Source of the DNA: Acidimicrobiales bacterium
GTDB taxonomy: Bacteria > Actinomycetota > Acidimicrobiia > Acidimicrobiales > SZUA-35
Reading direction: 5' to 3'
Assembly (NCBI GenBank): GCA_033851875.1
Contig: JAWSVN010000017.1
Span: forward strand, 277 to 62,410
Length of the DNA: 62,134 nucleotides
Under the pieces are notes generated by a model. The model searched no databases, was not told the DNA's origin, and saw only the letters and a list, made by a program, of their open reading frames with translations. Position 1 is the stretch's first letter. Every line of letters starts with the position of its first letter. Both the position numbers and the translations under genes were made by a program. This document shows positions 57,140 through 62,134 of the stretch, piece by piece.

Positions 57140-59145
57140 CCGCCCTCCATGAACCCCGACCGGCCACGACTCCCATCGGTCAGACCGGCCTGCCCCTGCT
57201 CTCCGAGGCCCCGCCACGCATGGGCCCCGTCACCCGACGGCTCGTGCGTCGCACCGCCCTCACGGTCGCGGCGATCGAGATCGTCGGCCTCCTGCTGACC
57301 TTGGTGGTCGGCGGCGATCGAGCGACCGCCGCCGGGCTGTCGCTGATCTTTCCGGGGGCCGGCTTCCTGTTCGCCACGATGCCCGAACTGTTCGCCCTCA
57401 CGCTGGTGGCGTGTGCGATCTCGATCGTGTTGTGGTGGGCGATCAGCGCGGTGTGGGCGCTCCCCCTCAGCTGGCTGACCAGCGCGGCGGTCTCGGCAGC
57501 GTTGGCCGGTGGACCCCGATGGTGGACCGACGCCGACGCGACGTGGGGCTGGGCCCGGATCGTCGCCCCGGTGCTGGCCGTCGTCGCCATCGGCGCCACC
57601 GTCGGTTCGTTCGAGCGGCGCTACCGGGCCAAGCGAGCCAAGGTGCCGGCCCTCAACGCCTTCCTCACCACGGCCCGGCCGCCCGAACCGGTGCGCGAAT
57701 TCCGCGCCCCCGACGACATGGACGCCGAGCTCCAGCGGTGGTGCTATGAGCTGGCCCTGCAGCCGATCGACCAGTTCGACGGCTTCGAGTGGGGCGAACA
57801 GTTCCACGGCGGCACCTGCGTCCGCTACCAGCTCAACTACCTCGGTTGGGCCCTCTCGCAGTACGCCGCCAACGCCCTGCCCAACGCCCCGACCGAGATC
57901 GAGCGGGTGCTGCGCAACCTCGTGCTCAAGCAGACCGACCTGCGGGTCTGGAGCTACTGGCGCACCCTCAACCTGCTCGGCAACTTCAACGGTGACCCCG
58001 ATCCCCTGGTGCGCGACAACATCATGTTCTCCGGGTTCACCGGCGACCAGATCAACCTCTACGAGGCCGTGACCGGCTCGACCCACTTCGACGAACCGGG
58101 CTCGCTCACCTTCGTGTGGCACGACGGTCGCACCTTCTCCTACGACCACCACACCTGGATGGACGCCGTTCGCCGCAACTTCGACGAGAGCGAGAGCGGC
58201 TTCTTCCCGTGCGAGCCGGGCTGGGCGTTCGCCGCCTGCAACACGATCGGGGCCCAGTCGCTGTTGGGCTACGAGGTGCTCCACGGGCGGCCGTTGTGGT
58301 CGGAGTACCAGCAGCGCTGGCGCGACACCCTCGACGACGAATACCTGCTGCCCGATGGCAATTACGCCAACATCCGTTGCACCCGAACCGGGTTGAGCTG
58401 GGACACCGGCGAGACCCCCGGCGGCGAGTACCTGATGACGGGTTCCAACGGCTTCGTCGACGTCGCCCCCGACCTCGCCGATCGAGGGCGGGCGATCGCC
58501 AGCCGCGGTCTCGACGAGAAGCTGGCCGGGCTGCGGGCCTCGCTGACCCACGACGACGACGGTCGCCCCCACCTCGACCTCGAGCTGCCCGAGGACCACG
58601 AACGCAACCGGGTCCGGCGCACTGCGCTCGGAGCGTGGACCAAGCTGGCCGGCGCCGCCCGCCTGATGGGCGACGCCGAGCTGCTCGACGCCTGCCTGAG
58701 GGCCGGTGACCGCCAGTGCGCCACCGGTGAACGGTGGCCCGAGCGCCCGGTCGCTGCCGGCGTGCAGACGATGGCCGGCCACCTGATCAACCGCTGGGCC
58801 GGACCCCACAACACGGCGTCGCTCAACCTGCGAGGTTACGTGGCCCCCGAGGGCCCGATCGTCGGGCCGGTGCCCTGGCCCCAGGCGATGGTGACGGTCG
58901 CCCGCTCGACCGACGGCGTCACCCTCGATCTGTCGCTACGAGCCGTCGAGGGTGACCCGAGCGACGAGCTCACCGTCGAGTTCACCAACCTCGAACCGGG
59001 GGCCCGTTATCGGCTCGGCGGTGGCGCCTCCCGTGGCGAGGTGGCCGTCCAGGCCGATGCCAACGGCGTGGCGGCGGCCGCCGTCGTCCTGGGCGAGGCG
59101 GTCGGGCTCCGCCTGCAGCCGGTCAACCTGGACGGTTCGCCATGA
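57136..59145 (+). CDS. membrane-anchored linalool dehydratase/isomerase-like domain protein (paralogue 1)
   Basis: ATG at 57136 forms an ATGA overlap; 669 aa. The N-terminal module has about 4 TM helices (LIFPGAGFLF). Also present are DPLVRDNIMFSGF..NLYEAVTGS and FPCEPGWAFAACNTIGAQSL. Confidence 0.7.
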   Translation: MTALHEPRPATTPIGQTGLPLLSEAPPRMGPVTRRLVRRTALTVAAIEIVGLLLTLVVGGDRATAAGLSLIFPGAGFLFATMPELFALTLVACAISIVLWWAISAVWALPLSWLTSAAVSAALAGGPRWWTDADATWGWARIVAPVLAVVAIGATVGSFERRYRAKRAKVPALNAFLTTARPPEPVREFRAPDDMDAELQRWCYELALQPIDQFDGFEWGEQFHGGTCVRYQLNYLGWALSQYAANALPNAPTEIERVLRNLVLKQTDLRVWSYWRTLNLLGNFNGDPDPLVRDNIMFSGFTGDQINLYEAVTGSTHFDEPGSLTFVWHDGRTFSYDHHTWMDAVRRNFDESESGFFPCEPGWAFAACNTIGAQSLLGYEVLHGRPLWSEYQQRWRDTLDDEYLLPDGNYANIRCTRTGLSWDTGETPGGEYLMTGSNGFVDVAPDLADRGRAIASRGLDEKLAGLRASLTHDDDGRPHLDLELPEDHERNRVRRTALGAWTKLAGAARLMGDAELLDACLRAGDRQCATGERWPERPVAAGVQTMAGHLINRWAGPHNTASLNLRGYVAPEGPIVGPVPWPQAMVTVARSTDGVTLDLSLRAVEGDPSDELTVEFTNLEPGARYRLGGGASRGEVAVQADANGVAAAAVVLGEAVGLRLQPVNLDGSP

Positions 59146-59294
59146 TCTCGATGTTCCTCGACTGCGCCCAGGTGTGGGTCCGCCTCGTCAGGGCCTACCA
59201 CCGCCTCACCGGCCGACCCCAGGTCACGCTGCATCGCCAACCAATTCCGTATCGCGCACCACACTCGTCCCGGCAAGGGAGCGTCCGCTCATGA
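59142..59294 (+). CDS. small ORF (50 aa) translationally coupled at both ends
   Basis: Its ATG overlaps the stop of paralogue 1 (ATGA), and its stop overlaps the ATG of paralogue 2 (ATGA). It shares DC..W..LV.....L...P.VT with the sORF at 61279. Confidence 0.5.
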   Translation: MISMFLDCAQVWVRLVRAYHRLTGRPQVTLHRQPIPYRAPHSSRQGSVRS

Positions 59295-61282
59295 CCGTCA
59301 CCGACCCCTCCCCCGCCGTCGTCGACGACGGCGAGCCGCTGCTGCTACGGACCGACCCGCCTCGGCTCGGCCCGACCAGCCGGATCCTGCTCGGGCGGCT
59401 CGTCGCCCTGGTGGCGCTGATCCAGCTCGTCGGCGCCGTGCTGGTGTTCGCCGTCGACGGCCACACGGCCACGGCCGCGGGCCTCGGCCTGGTGTTCCCG
59501 GGCGCCGGGCTGCTGTACGACGCGGCCCCGCTCGCCTTCGCGGCGACCCTGGTGCTGATGGTCGTCGCCCTGGTGTTGTGGTGGGGACTCAGCGCCCACG
59601 CCGCCATCCCGATCGCGTGGTTCGGCTCGGCCGCCGTCGCTGCGGCCCTGGCCGACGGGCCCCGTCTCTGGGTCGACGACGGCACGCATTGGGGTTGGGC
59701 GATCCCGGTCGCCTACGCGGCCGCCGTCGCCACCGTCGCCCGCATGGTGTGGCGCTTCGAGCGCCGCTACCAGGCCAAGAAGGCCAAGATTCCCGAGCTC
59801 AACGCCTACCTGGCCGAGGGGTCGGTGCCGGAGAAGGTGCGCGACGCCCGCCTCCCCGACGACATGGACGCCGAGCTGGTGCGCTGGTGCTACGACCTCG
59901 CCTTCCAACCCGACGACGGCCTCAAGGGCCTCGACTGGGGCGAGCAGTTCCACGGCGGCACCCAGCTCCGCTACCAGCTCAACACCTTCTCCTGGGCGCT
60001 GAGCGTGTTCGCCGCCAACTACGTGCCCAACGCGCCCCACCAGGTGGAGCAGGCGCTGTCGAAGCTGATCGACAAGCACACCGACCTGCGGGTGTGGCGC
60101 TACTGGCGCACCCTCAACCTGCTCGGCAACTTCGACGCCAACCCCGACCCGATCGTGCGCGACAACATCATGTTCTCCGCCTTCCTCGGCGACGTGATCA
60201 ACATGTACGAGGCCGTCACCGGCTCGGACCGCTACGACCAGCCGGGGTCGCTCACCTTCACCTGGAGCGACGGCCGCACCTTCGCGTACGACCACCACAC
60301 CCTGGTCGACGCGATCAAGGACAACTACGACCGCAGCCGACTCGGCTTCTTCCCGTGCGAACCGGGCTGGTCGTTCACGGTGTGCAACATCATGGGCGCC
60401 CAGTCGTTGCGGGGGCACGAGACCCTCCACGGCTCGGACCGCTGGCGGGAGGTCGCCCCGCGTTGGGAGCAGACCCTCGACGACGAGTACCTCACCCCCG
60501 ACGGCTCCTATGCCCACATCCGGTCCAATCACCTCGGGCTGTCGTGGGACACCGGCGAGGTGCCCGGTGGCCACTACTTCGCCAACGGCACCAACCGGTT
60601 CGCCGACATCTTGCCCGACCACGCGGCCAGGGCCCGGGCCCTCGAACTGCGCAACGCGCCGGCGAAGATGGCGGCGCTCGCCGCCGAGCTCGACGACGAC
60701 GGTCGGCTCGAGATGGAACTGCCCGAGACGCCCGAGCGGCACCGGACCCGTTCCAGCGCGCTGCCGGGGTGGACCGGCATCGTCGCCGGGGCCCGAGCCA
60801 CCGGCCACGCGGCGTTGGCCGAGGCCGCCCTCGGCGCCGCGGCTCGCCAGTGCGGCACCGACGAGCGGTGGCCCGAACGGCCGTTGAAGGCCGGTGCCTC
60901 GGGGCTGGCCGGCCACATGCTGGTGCGGTGGTCGACCCCGCACTCGACGGCCGACCTCAACGTCCGGGGCTACCAGCCGCCCCAGGGGCCGATCGTGGCG
61001 TCGCTGCCGTGGGACGACGTGATCGTCGTGCTCGCCCGATCCGACGACGGCGAGTCGCTCGACCTGGTCGTCGAGCCGTGGCACGCCGACACCCTCACGG
61101 TCGAGATCGGCTTCGGGTCGCTCCGCCCGGGCGAGGGCTACCGGCTCGCCGACAGCACCGTCACGGGCAGCGAGGCCGCTGGGAGTACGGTCGTGCTGGC
61201 CGACGATCTGGGTCGGGCCACCGCAACCGTCGCGCTGGAGGGACGCACCCATCTGCGGCTCGTCCCCGGGGGTGCCTCGTGA
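59291..61282 (+). CDS. membrane-anchored linalool dehydratase/isomerase-like domain protein (paralogue 2)
   Basis: ATG at 59291, 663 aa. It is colinear with paralogue 1 (LVFPGAGLLY, DPIVRDNIMFSAF..NMYEAVTGS, FPCEPGWSFTVCNIMGAQSL). Confidence 0.7.
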   Translation: MTVTDPSPAVVDDGEPLLLRTDPPRLGPTSRILLGRLVALVALIQLVGAVLVFAVDGHTATAAGLGLVFPGAGLLYDAAPLAFAATLVLMVVALVLWWGLSAHAAIPIAWFGSAAVAAALADGPRLWVDDGTHWGWAIPVAYAAAVATVARMVWRFERRYQAKKAKIPELNAYLAEGSVPEKVRDARLPDDMDAELVRWCYDLAFQPDDGLKGLDWGEQFHGGTQLRYQLNTFSWALSVFAANYVPNAPHQVEQALSKLIDKHTDLRVWRYWRTLNLLGNFDANPDPIVRDNIMFSAFLGDVINMYEAVTGSDRYDQPGSLTFTWSDGRTFAYDHHTLVDAIKDNYDRSRLGFFPCEPGWSFTVCNIMGAQSLRGHETLHGSDRWREVAPRWEQTLDDEYLTPDGSYAHIRSNHLGLSWDTGEVPGGHYFANGTNRFADILPDHAARARALELRNAPAKMAALAAELDDDGRLEMELPETPERHRTRSSALPGWTGIVAGARATGHAALAEAALGAAARQCGTDERWPERPLKAGASGLAGHMLVRWSTPHSTADLNVRGYQPPQGPIVASLPWDDVIVVLARSDDGESLDLVVEPWHADTLTVEIGFGSLRPGEGYRLADSTVTGSEAAGSTVVLADDLGRATATVALEGRTHLRLVPGGAS

Positions 61283-61401
61283 GCGCCGTCAGCCCGAGGC
61301 TCGTCGTCGACTGCGATCGCCTCTGGACGGCCCTGGTCACCTTCGTTTACAAGCTTCGCCGACTCCCCCGCGTCACCAACGACCCGCCGCAACTGCCCTG
61401 A
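61279..61401 (+). CDS. small ORF (40 aa) translationally coupled to paralogue 2
   Basis: GTG at 61279 overlaps the stop (GTGA). The sequence VSAVSPRLVVDCDRLWTALVTFVYKLRRLPRVTNDPPQLP is homologous to the 59142 sORF. Confidence 0.45.
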   Translation: MSAVSPRLVVDCDRLWTALVTFVYKLRRLPRVTNDPPQLP

Positions 61402-61436
61402 ACGAAGCGGCCCTGGACGAGGCGGCCCTGAACGAG
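61392..61436. repeat. about 3 copies of a 15-nt tandem repeat in a convergent intergenic region
   Basis: ACTGCCCTGAACGAA, GCGGCCCTGGACGAG and GCGGCCCTGAACGAG lie between the stop codons at 61401 (+) and 61452 (-). Confidence 0.8.
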
Positions 61437-61451
61437 CCCCTCCTGCCCGTG

Positions 61452-62036
61452 TCAGCGGGCGAGGTGGCCTTCGAGGGCGGCGGTGGCGGCGTGCACGGCC
61501 GGTTCGATGTGGGCTGGGTCGACCGCCGCCATCGCGGTGAGACCCCAGAGCTGCATCGTGATCGCCCGGACGAGGTCGGCCGACTGCTCTGGCGCCACGT
61601 CGCCCCGAGCGACGTTGCGCTCGACCAGGTCGTGGAAGAAGTCCTGGTAGGGCTCGGTGATCAGCTCGAGGTCGGCGAGCTCGGGATGATCGCGGTCGAG
61701 GACCACCCGGATCGAGAACCGCAGGAGGTCCGGATCGCGCTGCAGCAGTTCGCCGCCCTTCGCGAACAGGGCGTCGATCTCGTCGTCGAGCGACGACCGA
61801 TCGGCGACGACCTCGGCGAACTCCCCGTAGATGGTGGCGATGCCCTCCCGGTAGACGAGCTCGTAGAGGGCGGCCTTGGAGGGGGCGTAGGTGTAGAGCG
61901 CCATGGCGCTCAGGCCGGCGTCGGCGGCGATGCCACGCAGCCCGGCGCCGCCGTAGCCGTGGGCGGCGAACGCCGCTCGTGCCGCTGCGATCACCCGCGC
62001 TCGTGTGTCCTCCACCGGCGGGACCCTACCGGTCAC
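61452..62036 (-). CDS. TetR/AcrR family transcriptional regulator
   Basis: 194 aa from GTG 62036. The N-terminal HTH is RARVIAAARAAFAAHGYGGAGLRGIAADAGLSAMALYTYAPSKAALY. Confidence 0.9.
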   Translation of the reverse strand: MTGRVPPVEDTRARVIAAARAAFAAHGYGGAGLRGIAADAGLSAMALYTYAPSKAALYELVYREGIATIYGEFAEVVADRSSLDDEIDALFAKGGELLQRDPDLLRFSIRVVLDRDHPELADLELITEPYQDFFHDLVERNVARGDVAPEQSADLVRAITMQLWGLTAMAAVDPAHIEPAVHAATAALEGHLAR

Positions 62037-62134
62037 GGCAGCCGATACGTCCCCCGCTCGACGACCGCCAGGCCGTCGCCGACGACGGTGGCGGCCACAC
62101 GCTCGGCCCGATCGTGATCGTCGCCCCAGCCCAT
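62033..62134 (-). CDS. 3' end of an upstream gene or a 33-aa sORF, coupled to the TetR gene
   Basis: The frame is open from the window edge (the last 3 nt are CAT = ATG). It ends at TGA 62033-62035, overlapping the TetR GTG (GTGA). It cannot be resolved within the window. Confidence 0.3.
   Translation of the reverse strand: MGWGDDHDRAERVAATVVGDGLAVVERGTYRLP

Overview
Very GC-rich (strong GC3 bias), gene-dense chromosomal segment of actinobacterial type. Protein signatures resemble Acidimicrobiia or other high-GC Actinomycetota, but the taxon cannot be verified here. I support about 65 protein-coding genes, many joined by 4-nt ATGA/GTGA stop-start overlaps. I recognised no rRNA, tRNA, CRISPR array, transposase or integrase. 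Many long ORFs in the track are antisense or out-of-frame artefacts of the GC content. Several real genes start well inside the listed ORF, so I re-derived their starts from the sequence.

Layout:
- 1-25 kb: housekeeping and metabolic genes. These are an amidase fragment, trxA, a nagA-like gene, acyl-CoA synthetase, Dcp peptidase, PlsC, GlcDEF-type oxidase, a DASS transporter coupled to a cNMP-domain histidine kinase and receiver, a single-chain BC-BCCP-CT acyl-CoA carboxylase, YciI plus a flavin monooxygenase, an MBL hydrolase and MFS pumps.
- 25.1-36.7 kb: a Wzx/Wzy-type glycan cluster with three different sulfotransferases.
- 36.8-47.7 kb: a rearranged Fe-S (suf) locus split into three transcription units, with two sufC paralogues. 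Each unit is preceded by the same ~27-nt motif.
- 47.7-52.5 kb: gamma-CA-like protein, M50 protease, flavin reductase, serine hydrolase, beta-CA and an MBL hydrolase.
- 52.6-54.7 kb: a thioredoxin-fold fusion protein translationally coupled to a gene with an in-frame TGA inside a U-G-S-C motif, followed by a SECIS-like hairpin (predicted selenoprotein).
- 54.8-61.4 kb: an operon of an APH-type kinase and three membrane proteins sharing a PGAG transmembrane module. Two of them carry linalool dehydratase/isomerase-like domains, and each of those is followed by a conserved, translationally coupled small ORF.
- A TetR gene closes the window.

Most interesting candidates: the selenoprotein pair, the kinase/Ldi-like/sORF operon, the shared suf motif, and the sulfated-glycan cluster.
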